This document shows, in pieces, positions 18,583 through 28,821 of a stretch of DNA of 64,000 nucleotides (position 1 is its first letter; every line of letters begins with the position of its first letter). Source of the stretch: Bacteroidales bacterium. Its GTDB lineage: Bacteria > Bacteroidota > Bacteroidia > Bacteroidales > VadinHA17. Location: contig JAVEZS010000004.1 in the NCBI GenBank assembly GCA_034002885.1, forward strand, positions 48,135-112,134. The letters are read 5' to 3'. The notes beneath the pieces are model-generated. The model had not been told where the DNA came from, made no database searches, and was given only the letters and a program-made list of their open reading frames with translations. Position numbers and translations under genes: made by a program.

Positions 18583-21207
18583 GTGAAAAGCATCAATCTT
18601 AAAAGACTATTCATTGCAGCTTTACTGCTATCCGTGTTTTTCATTGCAGGGGCTACTCATAACAGGGCGGGCGAGATAACATATGTCCAGCTATCGGACC
18701 TGACCTATGAAGTGACGGTTACCACATACACTTATACCCTAAGTTATGCCGACCGCCCCGAGCTTGAAATTTCATGGGGCGACAACTCCTTTTCAACAGC
18801 AAAGAGGGAAAGTATTCTCTTTCTGCCAAATTACTACAAGAGGAATATCTACAGGATCACTCACACCTTCCCCGGACCGGGGGCATACAGAATAGTGGTA
18901 CAGGATCCTAACCGGAACGCCGATGTGAAGAATATCCCCAATTCGGTCAATGTAGTTTTTTCAATTTCAACGATTCTCATCGTAAACCCTTCAATAGGAC
19001 GGAACAGCACTCCTGTTCTCCTTAATCCACCGTACGACAAGGCAGCCAGAGGATATGTCTTTATTCACAACCCGGGAGCTTATGATCCTGACGGGGACAG
19101 CCTGTCATATGCAATGACAGTCTGTACCCGTGAAGACGGGAAGCCAATAGAAAACTATATCCTGCCTCCTGCTTCGAATTTTATCAGGGTCGATTCCATC
19201 AGCGGCGACCTGATATGGAATGCACCTGTCGATACCGGAGCCTATAACGTTGCCATGGAGATACAGGAGTGGCGGTATGGTAAGAAAATCGGGGTTGTGG
19301 TCAGGGATATACAGATAAATGTTTATGACACAAGGAATAAACCGCCGGTCAACGGCCCTCTGAGCGATCTCTGCGTTGAAGCAGGAGAAACGATAAGCTA
19401 TACTGTTACTGCAACAGATCCCGACAATGATTTGTTAAGTCTTCTCTCAACCTCAGGGATCTATACTCTTGAGGATTGCCGGGCTCAGTTCATCAGAGTG
19501 GACTCCGGTGCCGGCTTTGCAAGAGCCCGGCTGCAATGGACTCCATGTCATGAAGCAGTTAGAAACCAGCCGTATGACGTACTCATTAAATCGGATGATA
19601 ACAGCGGAGAGTTAAAGTTGTCGGATATCGATAACATGCGCATAAAAGTCCTGGGACCTTCTCCGGTTCTTTTAAATGCCTCTCCGGAGGGTAAGTTTAT
19701 CAGACTTACCTGGAATGATTACGGCACACCCTTCATCTCAGGATTCAGCATCTACAGGAAAGAAGGATCATCATCCCTTGAGGCAGATTCATGCACATCG
19801 GGTCTGCCTTCTTCATCGGGATTTGTAAAGGTTGGTTATGTGTCAGGGAGTTCATCGGTTGCATTCCTTGATACAGACAACGGACAGGGCCTTCAGTTTT
19901 CAAAGGAATATTCCTACCGGATAGTGGCTGTGTACCCTAACGGAACCGAAAGCAAGTCATCAAATGAAATAACCGCCGCACTTGTTTCCGGAGTTCCGGT
20001 TATTACTAATGTGAGTGTAAGAACCACTTCAACCACAAATGGATCGATCGTCCTGAGGTGGCTCAGACCCGAAAGACTGGATACCATTCCTGCCGCGGGT
20101 CCCTACGAATATATAATATCACGTGCCGACGGAATCACCGGCACAAACTACACCCAGATAAGATCAATATCAACATCGACCCTCAATGAGACCAGTCATC
20201 TTGATACACTTATCAATACCCAGTCAGGCGGATATATCTATAAGATAGAACTATACAATAATGCTCCGGGTAACAGGTTCCTTATCGGAGAGCCGAGCTT
20301 CGCTTCTTCGCTGTTCCTGAATGCCAATCCCGGCGACAGAAAGGTGAGATTCACAATAGGAAGGAATGTTCCATGGGTCAATACGCGATATGATTTTTTC
20401 CGGCTTAACAGGGTAACAATGCAGTATGACTCTGTTGGTACTACCTCCACTCTCGAGTATACTGATAATGGCCTGGTAAACGGTGAAGAGTATTGCTACA
20501 GGATACGGTCTACAGGCGGGTATACCTCACAGGGCCTTCCAAGGAATCTTGTTAATTTTTCGCAGGTGACCTGTGCCACTCCGGTTGACAATGAACCGCC
20601 ATGCGTGCCTGAAATAACTGTAACAAGCCAGTGCGACAGCCTCAGCAATACTATCAGATGGACCTTCGGAGATAGCGAATGTCCGGAAGATGTGGCAGGG
20701 TATAATATTTACTATAAACTCTACACCGAGGGTGAGTCGCTGGCCCTTCTGACAACGATAAATGATAAAAACACTTTTATATACAAACATTTCCCGGGTG
20801 ATATTGTCTCGGGATGCTATGCGGTAACAGCTTTTGATATTCTTGGAAATGAGAGCGAAAGATCGCTCGAGATCTGTGTCGACTCATGTAAGTTCTATGA
20901 GATACCTAATGTATTCACTCCAAATGGGGATGATATCAATGACCGTTTGATAGCAAAAACGACCGGACTTGTTGAAAAGGTCAGTTTCAGATTATACAAC
21001 CGTTATGGTGTTCTCATCTTTGAGACTGATGAACCCAAACTTAACTGGGATGGGACTTATAAGGGTAATATAGTCTCGCCGGGAGTTTATTTTTATCAGT
21101 GCGATGTTTTTGAAATGAGAATATCAGGACTTGAACAATACCATCTTTCCGGATTTGTACATGTTATAACCGAGAAGGATGCAACAGTCAGGAAAACGGA
21201 GTTTTAA
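18583..21207 (+). CDS. Large cell-surface protein with T9SS type-B (gliding-motility-associated) C-terminal sorting domain
   Basis: GTG start preceded by GAGGAG, then a signal peptide. Contains HNRAGEITY, DPDGDSLSY and DPDNDLLSL cadherin/Ig-like repeats and Fn3-like segments. C-terminus YEIPNVFTPNGDDINDRL...WDGTYKGNIVSPGVYFYQ matches type-B CTDs. Confidence 0.85.
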   Translation: MKSINLKRLFIAALLLSVFFIAGATHNRAGEITYVQLSDLTYEVTVTTYTYTLSYADRPELEISWGDNSFSTAKRESILFLPNYYKRNIYRITHTFPGPGAYRIVVQDPNRNADVKNIPNSVNVVFSISTILIVNPSIGRNSTPVLLNPPYDKAARGYVFIHNPGAYDPDGDSLSYAMTVCTREDGKPIENYILPPASNFIRVDSISGDLIWNAPVDTGAYNVAMEIQEWRYGKKIGVVVRDIQINVYDTRNKPPVNGPLSDLCVEAGETISYTVTATDPDNDLLSLLSTSGIYTLEDCRAQFIRVDSGAGFARARLQWTPCHEAVRNQPYDVLIKSDDNSGELKLSDIDNMRIKVLGPSPVLLNASPEGKFIRLTWNDYGTPFISGFSIYRKEGSSSLEADSCTSGLPSSSGFVKVGYVSGSSSVAFLDTDNGQGLQFSKEYSYRIVAVYPNGTESKSSNEITAALVSGVPVITNVSVRTTSTTNGSIVLRWLRPERLDTIPAAGPYEYIISRADGITGTNYTQIRSISTSTLNETSHLDTLINTQSGGYIYKIELYNNAPGNRFLIGEPSFASSLFLNANPGDRKVRFTIGRNVPWVNTRYDFFRLNRVTMQYDSVGTTSTLEYTDNGLVNGEEYCYRIRSTGGYTSQGLPRNLVNFSQVTCATPVDNEPPCVPEITVTSQCDSLSNTIRWTFGDSECPEDVAGYNIYYKLYTEGESLALLTTINDKNTFIYKHFPGDIVSGCYAVTAFDILGNESERSLEICVDSCKFYEIPNVFTPNGDDINDRLIAKTTGLVEKVSFRLYNRYGVLIFETDEPKLNWDGTYKGNIVSPGVYFYQCDVFEMRISGLEQYHLSGFVHVITEKDATVRKTEF

Positions 21208-21227
21208 AATGTTTTTAGATTTTAGAG

Positions 21228-22430
21228 ATGAAAAAAATTCTGATATTGTGCTTTGTGGTCTGTCAAAGCCTTGCCATTTCAGGTCAGACACCCGGCGACT
21301 ACCTGATGAAGGCCAGGGCGCACATGGATTACGGAAGGTACGATGAAGCCGCCGGAATACTTACTCCCGCGGCTGACAATATGGGCATAGTTGCCTTATA
21401 CCTTGCACGGGCAGAAGCTTATCTGGCAGGAGGCAACTTATCCCTTGCCGTCAGCGATTTTAATTCTGCAAGCAGGATAGATCAATCAAGCGGGGAGTAC
21501 GGACTTGCCCGGATTTACAGCCTGAGAAGAGATGCGGCAACTGCTGTTTACCACCTGGAGGCAAGTATGAAATCGGATCATAAAAGGAGTGAGAAGGAGA
21601 TTATGCTCGATCCTTCATTTGCCTCAATAGAGAATAGTCAGGAATGGAGGCAGTTCTGGAGAAAAGAATGGTATACAGCCCTGGAGAAGGGCATCGCAGA
21701 TATCAGTTATAATATCTCTACCGGAAAAACCACTGAAGCAAGACAGACACTTGCCGGTTTGTCAGGCACTTACAGAGGTGATGAAATGATCTCGTTTGCC
21801 GAGGCGTTAATAAATGTCGCTGAAAATAAACATTCAGAAGCAGTAAGGTTGTTGACAGCTTTAACCGGAGAATATCCTCAGAAGGATGAGTATTTAAGAC
21901 TTCTCGCAAAAGCCCAGGAGTTGTCAGGAAATTACATTGGAGCCTCCCAGTCGTATTCAAAGCTTATGGATATGAATACGGGAGATCCGGAGCTTTTTCT
22001 GCTTCGGGCAGAATGTTACCGCCGGACAGGTGAGACAGGGAAGGCAATCCGGGATGCTGAAGCTTTTCTGGCTCTGTACCCCGGAAGTAAGAAAGCTCTT
22101 GGCTTCGCCGGAAAGATGGAAGCTGCAGCAGGAGATAATCTTAAAGCCATGGCCTATTTTTCTGAGAATGTAAAACTGCATCCCAATGATGCCGAATGTT
22201 ATGTCGACAGGGCAAATTCATACTTTGCAGCAAAATCATGGGAGTGGGCTGTTAATGATTACAGCATGTCGCTTGATCTTCAGCCGGGCAATCCGGATGC
22301 CTGGCTTAACAAGGGCATTTCACTTCTGAATTCAGGGAAAATGGAGGATGCCTGCCACGATTTCAGGGTTGCTTTCAGTCTTGGAAACAAAAAGGCAACG
22401 GAATACCTGAGCAGATACTGCATCAGGTAG
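21228..22430 (+). CDS. Tetratricopeptide-repeat protein with signal peptide
   Basis: Signal peptide (ILILCFVVCQSLAISGQ) followed by repeated A-x-x-x-Y/A-x-x-A TPR-like helices along the whole length. Confidence 0.75.
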   Translation: MKKILILCFVVCQSLAISGQTPGDYLMKARAHMDYGRYDEAAGILTPAADNMGIVALYLARAEAYLAGGNLSLAVSDFNSASRIDQSSGEYGLARIYSLRRDAATAVYHLEASMKSDHKRSEKEIMLDPSFASIENSQEWRQFWRKEWYTALEKGIADISYNISTGKTTEARQTLAGLSGTYRGDEMISFAEALINVAENKHSEAVRLLTALTGEYPQKDEYLRLLAKAQELSGNYIGASQSYSKLMDMNTGDPELFLLRAECYRRTGETGKAIRDAEAFLALYPGSKKALGFAGKMEAAAGDNLKAMAYFSENVKLHPNDAECYVDRANSYFAAKSWEWAVNDYSMSLDLQPGNPDAWLNKGISLLNSGKMEDACHDFRVAFSLGNKKATEYLSRYCIR

Positions 22431-22438
22431 AAGGGAAG

Positions 22439-24577
22439 TTATCTGATATTCTTCAGTATCTTTTCGAACAGATCCCTTGGTTTAAAAGGCTTAAGTACAT
22501 AGTCGTTGATACTGAGATTCTCAATCTTGTCGTGGTTTTCGGACATTATCGCTGCTGTAAGGGCAACAACCGGTATGTCCTTTATTCTCGGATCATCAGA
22601 ATTTCTTATCACCCTGGTCGCCTCTACTCCGTCCATTACAGGCATGTGAAGATCCATCAGGATAAGATCGAAATCATCCTTTTCCAGTATGTCAAGGGCT
22701 ATTCTGCCGTTTTCGGCATGAGTGACTTTCACTCCCCATCCGACTAGGAACTTGTTGGCCACAAAGAAGTTGATCTTATTGTCTTCTGCAACCAGTATCC
22801 TCTTTCCTTCAAGGCCGTTATACAATTCATTTATCTCGTTTCGCTCAAAGGTTTCGCTCTTTTCCGGGATCCCGAAAGAGAGTGAGAAGCTGAAAGCCGA
22901 TCCTTTTCCTGGTTCGCTCTCAACTTTTATCAGACCCCCCTGAAGCTCAACAAGCTTTTTGCAAATTGCCAGACCAAGCCCTGTCCCTCCGTATTGTCTT
23001 GTTGTATCGGGCGATGCCTGGGTGAAGCTTTCAAATATGTATCCATGCTTCTCGGGAGGAATGCCGATTCCCGAATCGGCAACCGTAAATTCAATCCTGG
23101 CTTCTCGATCCCTGCGGTCCTGTTCCCTTACAATGACGTGAATGCTCCCTCTCTGCGTGAACTTGAGAGCGTTGGATAAAAGGTTTGACAGGATCTGGTT
23201 TAGCCTTATCGGATCGCCAATCACTGAATCAGGTAATTCGCCTTTTCTTATAATGTCGAACTCGAGATTCTTTGATTTGGTCCGGTATGAATAAGTTCGT
23301 TGGATGTCCCTGAGGAAGTCATTAAGGCTGAATGGTGTTCTTTCAAACTCGATCTTTCCCGATTCCATCTTATTAAAATCGAGGACATCATTGACCAGGG
23401 TGAGAAGGTGATTACCCGAAAACCGCAGGGTTTTTATGTAATCCATCTGGTCTTCCCTTGGATTTCCTTGCAGAAGAAGGTTTGTAATACCTATGACTTC
23501 GTTAAGAGGTGTTCGTATTTCATGACTCATGGTCGACATGAACTGCTGTTTTGAACGTGCTGCTTCTTCGGCCTTGTGACTGGCAGTTATAACGTTATCG
23601 ATCATTATCCTTCTCTGAATTGCTATAGCAATTTGATTGGCAATGAATTCAAGCACATTCACGTCGTCCTGGGTGAATTTCTCCTCGTCGTGGTAATCCT
23701 GGAAGGCCATGACCCCAATGATCTCTTTATCAGCCTTAAGGGGCACCCCCATCCAAACCTTGCAGGGTGCTCCCACAAGCGTTATGTCGCCGGAGTTCTC
23801 GAGACATCTAAGGTCATTTACCTTCAGAAGGATTGATTTCTTGAGATTAATTGCCCATTTGGTGATTGTCTTCCTGGCCGGGACCTTTTCGAACTGATCC
23901 ATTTCGTCGGAGAAGAAAGGCATGGACAGAGAATCGTTCTTATTGTCATAAAGGGCGATAAAGAAATTGCTTGTATCCCAGATTTTGCTGAGCTCATCGA
24001 CAATGGTCGGGTATATATCTTTTATGTCGACCTGGTTTAGAGCTGCAGTTGAGATATTATAGAGAATCTCCTGGATGGTCTCGTTCTTTTTCTCCAGGGA
24101 AATATCCCGGTAGATGCCCAGAGAAGCGACAATTTCATCATTGATGAGAACATTGGTTGCGATAAGGGATACGCTGATCCTTTTTCCGTTTTTGTCGCAC
24201 CTCACAGTCTGCCGGGTTATCTTGTGTTTCTCCGCAGCAATTATACTGTGATTCACTGAGTCTTCCTTAAGTTCTTCAGGGAGGATGAGTGAGTCAATTT
24301 CCCTGTTAAGCGATTCCTCCGCGGTATATCCGAACAGATCGGTAAATTCCCTGTTGATCATTATTATTTTCCCCTCTCTGTCGATAATTGCTATTGCCTC
24401 GGGGATGGAGTCAATAAGATTTTCCAGAAAGGCTTTTTCCCTGCTTACTTTTACCTCGCCTGAATTGTTATTCACTACAGAATCCAGACCCGCCTTCGAT
24501 TTCAGCAATGAATTCTCATTCTTCAGCCTGATATTCTCCCTGAGTATTTCTTCATATTTTTCTGTGTATTCTGTCAT
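22439..24577 (-). CDS. Hybrid sensor histidine kinase (PAS-GAF-HisKA-HATPase-REC)
   Basis: H-box SHEIRTPLN and N/G boxes (NLLSNALKFT, DSGIGIP, GGTGLGLAICK). C-terminal receiver domain (DLILMDLHMPVMDG). Confidence 0.9.
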   Translation of the reverse strand: MTEYTEKYEEILRENIRLKNENSLLKSKAGLDSVVNNNSGEVKVSREKAFLENLIDSIPEAIAIIDREGKIIMINREFTDLFGYTAEESLNREIDSLILPEELKEDSVNHSIIAAEKHKITRQTVRCDKNGKRISVSLIATNVLINDEIVASLGIYRDISLEKKNETIQEILYNISTAALNQVDIKDIYPTIVDELSKIWDTSNFFIALYDNKNDSLSMPFFSDEMDQFEKVPARKTITKWAINLKKSILLKVNDLRCLENSGDITLVGAPCKVWMGVPLKADKEIIGVMAFQDYHDEEKFTQDDVNVLEFIANQIAIAIQRRIMIDNVITASHKAEEAARSKQQFMSTMSHEIRTPLNEVIGITNLLLQGNPREDQMDYIKTLRFSGNHLLTLVNDVLDFNKMESGKIEFERTPFSLNDFLRDIQRTYSYRTKSKNLEFDIIRKGELPDSVIGDPIRLNQILSNLLSNALKFTQRGSIHVIVREQDRRDREARIEFTVADSGIGIPPEKHGYIFESFTQASPDTTRQYGGTGLGLAICKKLVELQGGLIKVESEPGKGSAFSFSLSFGIPEKSETFERNEINELYNGLEGKRILVAEDNKINFFVANKFLVGWGVKVTHAENGRIALDILEKDDFDLILMDLHMPVMDGVEATRVIRNSDDPRIKDIPVVALTAAIMSENHDKIENLSINDYVLKPFKPRDLFEKILKNIR

Positions 24578-24667
24578 ATTGCGATTAGGTCGTCAAAAAT
24601 CAATATTAGTCAGTTTCAGGTTTTCATTAACTAACGTGAAATTTGGTCGATACCATATATCAAAGGC

Positions 24668-25315
24668 TTATTTAACTCTGTTTTTTTCCTGATAGAATCT
24701 GCAGAAATCCCTTAGGCCGCATTCACTGCACATCGGATTTCTGGCCTTGCATATATATCTGCCATGGAGTATCAGCCAGTGATGGGCCTTATGCATAAGT
24801 TCTTCGGGAATGTTCATGGAAAGCTGCTTTTCGGTGCTGAGAGGTGTCCGGGCATTCCTTACGAGCCCTATTCTTGCAGATACCCTGAAGACGTGAGTAT
24901 CGACAGCCATGACTGGTTTGTTGAAGACTACTGAGGCAACAACATTTGCTGTCTTTCTTCCAACTCCCGGAAGCTTCTGGAGTTCAAGAGGGTCAGACGG
25001 GACGATCCCCCCATAGTCGCTTAACAACATTTTTGCCATCTCCGAGAGATGCTTTGCCTTGTTGTTTGGATAAGAGCATGATTTAATGAATTTCAGTATA
25101 TCAGCAGGATCAGCGGCCGCCATTGCCCTCGCATCAGGGTACTTACCCAGCAGGGAAGGGGTGATCATGTTTACTCTTTTGTCGGTACACTGGGCCGACA
25201 GTATCACAGCTACAATAAGGCTGAAAGGATCTTTATAGCCCAGTTCAGTCTCTGCAACAGGCATATTTACCTCGAAATATTCAATTGTTTTCCTGTATCT
25301 TTCCTTAAGTGTCAT
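24668..25315 (-). CDS. nth: Endonuclease III
   Basis: HhH-GPD motif (LPGVGRKTANVV) and a C-terminal 4Fe-4S CxxxxxxCxxC...C cluster. Start trimmed to ATG 25315 (MTLKERYRK). Confidence 0.9.
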   Translation of the reverse strand: MTLKERYRKTIEYFEVNMPVAETELGYKDPFSLIVAVILSAQCTDKRVNMITPSLLGKYPDARAMAAADPADILKFIKSCSYPNNKAKHLSEMAKMLLSDYGGIVPSDPLELQKLPGVGRKTANVVASVVFNKPVMAVDTHVFRVSARIGLVRNARTPLSTEKQLSMNIPEELMHKAHHWLILHGRYICKARNPMCSECGLRDFCRFYQEKNRVK

Positions 25316-25458
25316 AACTATATCAGATTTTCTGCTGAAGAAAGTTAACACTTTTTATCTTTGCATAAACAGTATGCTTTTTACAGCTTACCGTGCTGGT
25401 ATGATGATTTTCCATATTGGAGTGATGAATAAAACTTAAAAAGGAGGAAAAAGAAGAA

Positions 25459-26496
25459 ATGGAAAAGATAGTTCTGAAGACAGGTAGTTCTTTTTCAGAG
25501 ATTTATATTGGAGCCAACTGGGAGTCGGTAATTGAAATGCTTCCTGGAAAGGGAGTTGTTATAGTGACAGACACCAACATAAACCGGATTTATGGTGACC
25601 GTTTTCCTGACTTCCCTGTTTTTCCGGTCAAAGCCGGAGAGGCAAGCAAAACCATTGAGACCGTGGAATCGCTTGCCGAGCGTTTGATCGAGTCGGGAAC
25701 AGACCGCTCCGGATTCATACTGGGAATAGGAGGCGGAGTGGTCTGCGACATCGCTGGCTTCCTTGCGTCAATCTATATGAGAGGAATAAGGAGTGCGTTT
25801 ATTTCCACATCTTTGCTATCGCAGGTTGATGCCAGTACCGGTGGTAAAAACGGAGTAAATCTCAGGGGTACCAAGAATGTTCTGGGGTCCTTTCTTCAGC
25901 CTGAATTTGTGATCTGCGACCAGTCGATGCTTCAGACGCTTCCGGAGGATGAATATTCTTCAGGTCTTGCCGAGCTTATAAAAACAGCCCTGATTGGTAA
26001 TGAAAAGCTGTTTGAGATGATCGGGCATAACAGCGATGCCATCAGTAAAAGGGATACTGACCTTATGTCGGTGCTTGTCTCGATGGCTGTCAGGTTTAAG
26101 GCATCAGTTGTAGAAGAGGATGAAAAGGAATCGGGCCTTAGAAGGATACTGAATTTTGGCCATACCTACGGACATGCAATCGAGATGTACAAGTCGTTCA
26201 GGCATGGTTATGCAGTTGCCTCAGGAATGGATATTGCCGCAGCTTTCTCGATGGCAAGGGGATACCTGGAGAAGGATGAGTACGGAAGAATATTATCGGT
26301 ACTCAGGTTCTTCAAACTTCTCAGGAAGCATGATATACCCGACGACCAGCTTGAAATGCTCCTTCTCAGGGATAAAAAGAAAAGCGGGGATGATATTTAT
26401 TTCGTCTTCCTTCAGGGCATAGGAAAAGCAGTAGCTGAAAAGGTTCCTGTACGGGAGGTAATTGATTTTTATGTACAATATAAGTCTGGTAACTAA
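25459..26496 (+). CDS. aroB: 3-dehydroquinate synthase
   Basis: GGGVVCDIAGFLASIYMRGI and NFGHTYGHAIE motifs of DHQ synthase. Confidence 0.9.
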   Translation: MEKIVLKTGSSFSEIYIGANWESVIEMLPGKGVVIVTDTNINRIYGDRFPDFPVFPVKAGEASKTIETVESLAERLIESGTDRSGFILGIGGGVVCDIAGFLASIYMRGIRSAFISTSLLSQVDASTGGKNGVNLRGTKNVLGSFLQPEFVICDQSMLQTLPEDEYSSGLAELIKTALIGNEKLFEMIGHNSDAISKRDTDLMSVLVSMAVRFKASVVEEDEKESGLRRILNFGHTYGHAIEMYKSFRHGYAVASGMDIAAAFSMARGYLEKDEYGRILSVLRFFKLLRKHDIPDDQLEMLLLRDKKKSGDDIYFVFLQGIGKAVAEKVPVREVIDFYVQYKSGN

Positions 26497-26510
26497 TACA
26501 ATAGATAATA

Positions 26511-27506
26511 ATGAATTCTTTCGGCCTTGTTTTCAGAGTGTCAATTTTCGGTGAGTCGCACGGAAATTCAATCGGAGTCACTGTTGACGGTTGCCCTTCC
26601 GGACTGGAACTTACCCCGGATGATTTCATGGATGATCTGGCCCGAAGGCAGAGCGGCAGCAAGGGAACCACAGCACGAAGGGAACCTGACAAACCTGAGA
26701 TTCTGAGCGGTGTCTGTAATGGAAGAACAACCGGTTCGCCGGTTACGGTTGTTACCAGAAACAGTGACCGGATATCATCTGACTATGATGCTTTCAAAGA
26801 GGTGTACCGTCCGGGTCATGCCGATTACGTGGCTGCAGTAAAATACTCGGGATTTTCAGATATGAGGGGCAGTGGTCACTTTTCGGGAAGGATCACGTGG
26901 GGGCTTGTAGCTGCGGGCGTTATAGCCAGGAAGCTACTAAAGCCGACAGAAATAAATGCCAAAATAATTTCCGTGGGAGGTATGACCGATATCGAAAAAG
27001 CTATCGAACAGGCAGTGAAGGAAAATGACACAATAGGAGGAATAATTGAATGCCGTGTCAGAAATCCGCAGAAAGCTCTCGGAGAGCCATTCTTCAACTC
27101 TGTTGAATCGATGATAAGCCATATTGTTTTCTCGATACCTGCTATAAAAGGAATTGAATTCGGATCTGGTTTTGCTGCAACAGGAATGAAAGGATCGTTA
27201 CATAATGATCCCTTTTCAGGTAAGGACGGGAAAACACTGACGAATAATGCCGGGGGTGTTAACGGGGGCATTACAAATGGCAATGAGATTGTTTTCCGGG
27301 TAGCCGTAAAACCAACATCATCTACAGGTGTTGAACAGAGGACACTCGATTTCGCAAGCGGGAAAATGACCCAGCTTAGTGTAATCGGAAGGCACGATAC
27401 CTGTATCGCCCTTAGAATGCCCGTAATAGTAGAAGCTGCTGCAGCAATTGCCCTTGCTGACCTTTTTCTTACCGACCGGGGGATACACGGATCACGAGAA
27501 TTCTGA
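26511..27506 (+). CDS. aroC: Chorismate synthase
   Basis: FGESHG, RPGHADY and GRHDTC signatures. The 3' end overlaps convergent tilS by 38 nt. Confidence 0.92.
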   Translation: MNSFGLVFRVSIFGESHGNSIGVTVDGCPSGLELTPDDFMDDLARRQSGSKGTTARREPDKPEILSGVCNGRTTGSPVTVVTRNSDRISSDYDAFKEVYRPGHADYVAAVKYSGFSDMRGSGHFSGRITWGLVAAGVIARKLLKPTEINAKIISVGGMTDIEKAIEQAVKENDTIGGIIECRVRNPQKALGEPFFNSVESMISHIVFSIPAIKGIEFGSGFAATGMKGSLHNDPFSGKDGKTLTNNAGGVNGGITNGNEIVFRVAVKPTSSTGVEQRTLDFASGKMTQLSVIGRHDTCIALRMPVIVEAAAAIALADLFLTDRGIHGSREF

Positions 27507-28815
27507 CTGTGTTTTCTGAAACTTTATAACGATCGTCAAGTCTTTCTCCGATTATCCAGACTATCTTACCATCTGATTCGAGGATGGCAGCCTTCTCCTT
27601 CTTTATCCCCGAGTATTTCCTGTCGGTAAAATAGTCACTAAGCTTTTTGCGGTTCTGCATACCCAGCGGATAGAAATAGTCTCCTTTTTGCCATCTTCTT
27701 ATAATAAGAGGGAAGGTGATTTTCTCCAGATCGATGCAGGCAACATCAGGGGTGCGGGGGATTTTTGAATCCGGTCCTGCAATAATGATCTCAGCCGACG
27801 CAATCCCGGGAGCCCTTCCCAGTTCATCAGGGCTGTCCAGCTCAATTCTAAGAGTGAGATCCTGATCTTCGGAAGGTGTAACAATGATCTTGTCCCTGTC
27901 GCGCAGTATCCTGTGAGTTTTTGTGAATATCTGTTTTCCCGGAGTGCTGTCAAGAAGTCTGTGAAGACTGCCGGAATTATCTTCCGTTATCCCATAGGGC
28001 AAGAAGAGTTCATAGATCATGCTACTGCCTCCCTTCAACGATTTCAGTCCGGCAATACTGAAGATAATGTTGCCCTCACTGTTCTCTGATATTTCTTTTC
28101 TCAGGCCGCTTATGTGATTTTGAAGGATCTCATCAAGTGCGGCAAGTTTCCCTGCAACCCTGCTTATTGTCACGTCTGCTGACGGGTTGATTTCCCTAAG
28201 GACAGGCATGACAAGGTGCCTGATCTTGTTCCGGGTGTATTTTGTAAGGGAATTTGAGCTGTCTTCCCTGTAGTCGATCCTGTTATCGCAGCAATATGCG
28301 GCTATCCTGTCGCGGGTGGCAAAAAGAAGAGGCCTGATGATCGTTCCGGAAACCGGTTTCATGGCTGAAAGCCCTGTCAGTCCCGTTCCTCTCGTAAGAT
28401 TAATCAGAAGTGTTTCAACATTATCATTAAGATTGTGAGCAGTAGCGATAAGATCGTAGTCATGGCCGTTTCTTATCTTCTCGAACCATCCATATCTGAG
28501 TTCTCTGGCAGCCATTTGTATTGAAACGCTTTTTTTTGAGGCATATTCCATTGTTTGAAATCTGACCCTGAAGAACGGAAGCTTGTTTGTTGTACAGAAT
28601 TCTTTCACCAGCTCTTCATCCCTGTCCGATTCTTCTCCCCTCAGAGAGAAATTGCAGTGGGCAACGGCTATTTCCTGACCCAACCTCAGAAAAAGGTGAG
28701 TCATTACCATTGAGTCAATCCCGCCGCTGACAGCCAATAATATCCTGGTATCAGAGTTGAATAGGGATTTAACTCCAGCATAATCAACAAACTCGTCATA
28801 AAAAGACTTTTGCAT
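27469..28815 (-). CDS. tilS: tRNA(Ile)-lysidine synthetase
   Basis: PP-loop SGGIDSMV near the N-terminus, then a TilS substrate-binding C-domain. Confidence 0.9.
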   Translation of the reverse strand: MQKSFYDEFVDYAGVKSLFNSDTRILLAVSGGIDSMVMTHLFLRLGQEIAVAHCNFSLRGEESDRDEELVKEFCTTNKLPFFRVRFQTMEYASKKSVSIQMAARELRYGWFEKIRNGHDYDLIATAHNLNDNVETLLINLTRGTGLTGLSAMKPVSGTIIRPLLFATRDRIAAYCCDNRIDYREDSSNSLTKYTRNKIRHLVMPVLREINPSADVTISRVAGKLAALDEILQNHISGLRKEISENSEGNIIFSIAGLKSLKGGSSMIYELFLPYGITEDNSGSLHRLLDSTPGKQIFTKTHRILRDRDKIIVTPSEDQDLTLRIELDSPDELGRAPGIASAEIIIAGPDSKIPRTPDVACIDLEKITFPLIIRRWQKGDYFYPLGMQNRKKLSDYFTDRKYSGIKKEKAAILESDGKIVWIIGERLDDRYKVSENTVRILVIRVSPGR

Positions 28816-28821
28816 GACTCA

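Noticed and set aside
25374-25439. 21-codon uORF (MLFTAYRAGMMIFHIGVMNKT) followed by AAAGGAGG upstream of aroB, considered as an aromatic-amino-acid attenuation leader
   Set aside because: It has no run of Phe/Tyr/Trp codons and no alternative terminator/antiterminator hairpins that I could find. The SD-like element is 13 nt from the aroB ATG, and SD use is weak in this lineage. The evidence is insufficient.
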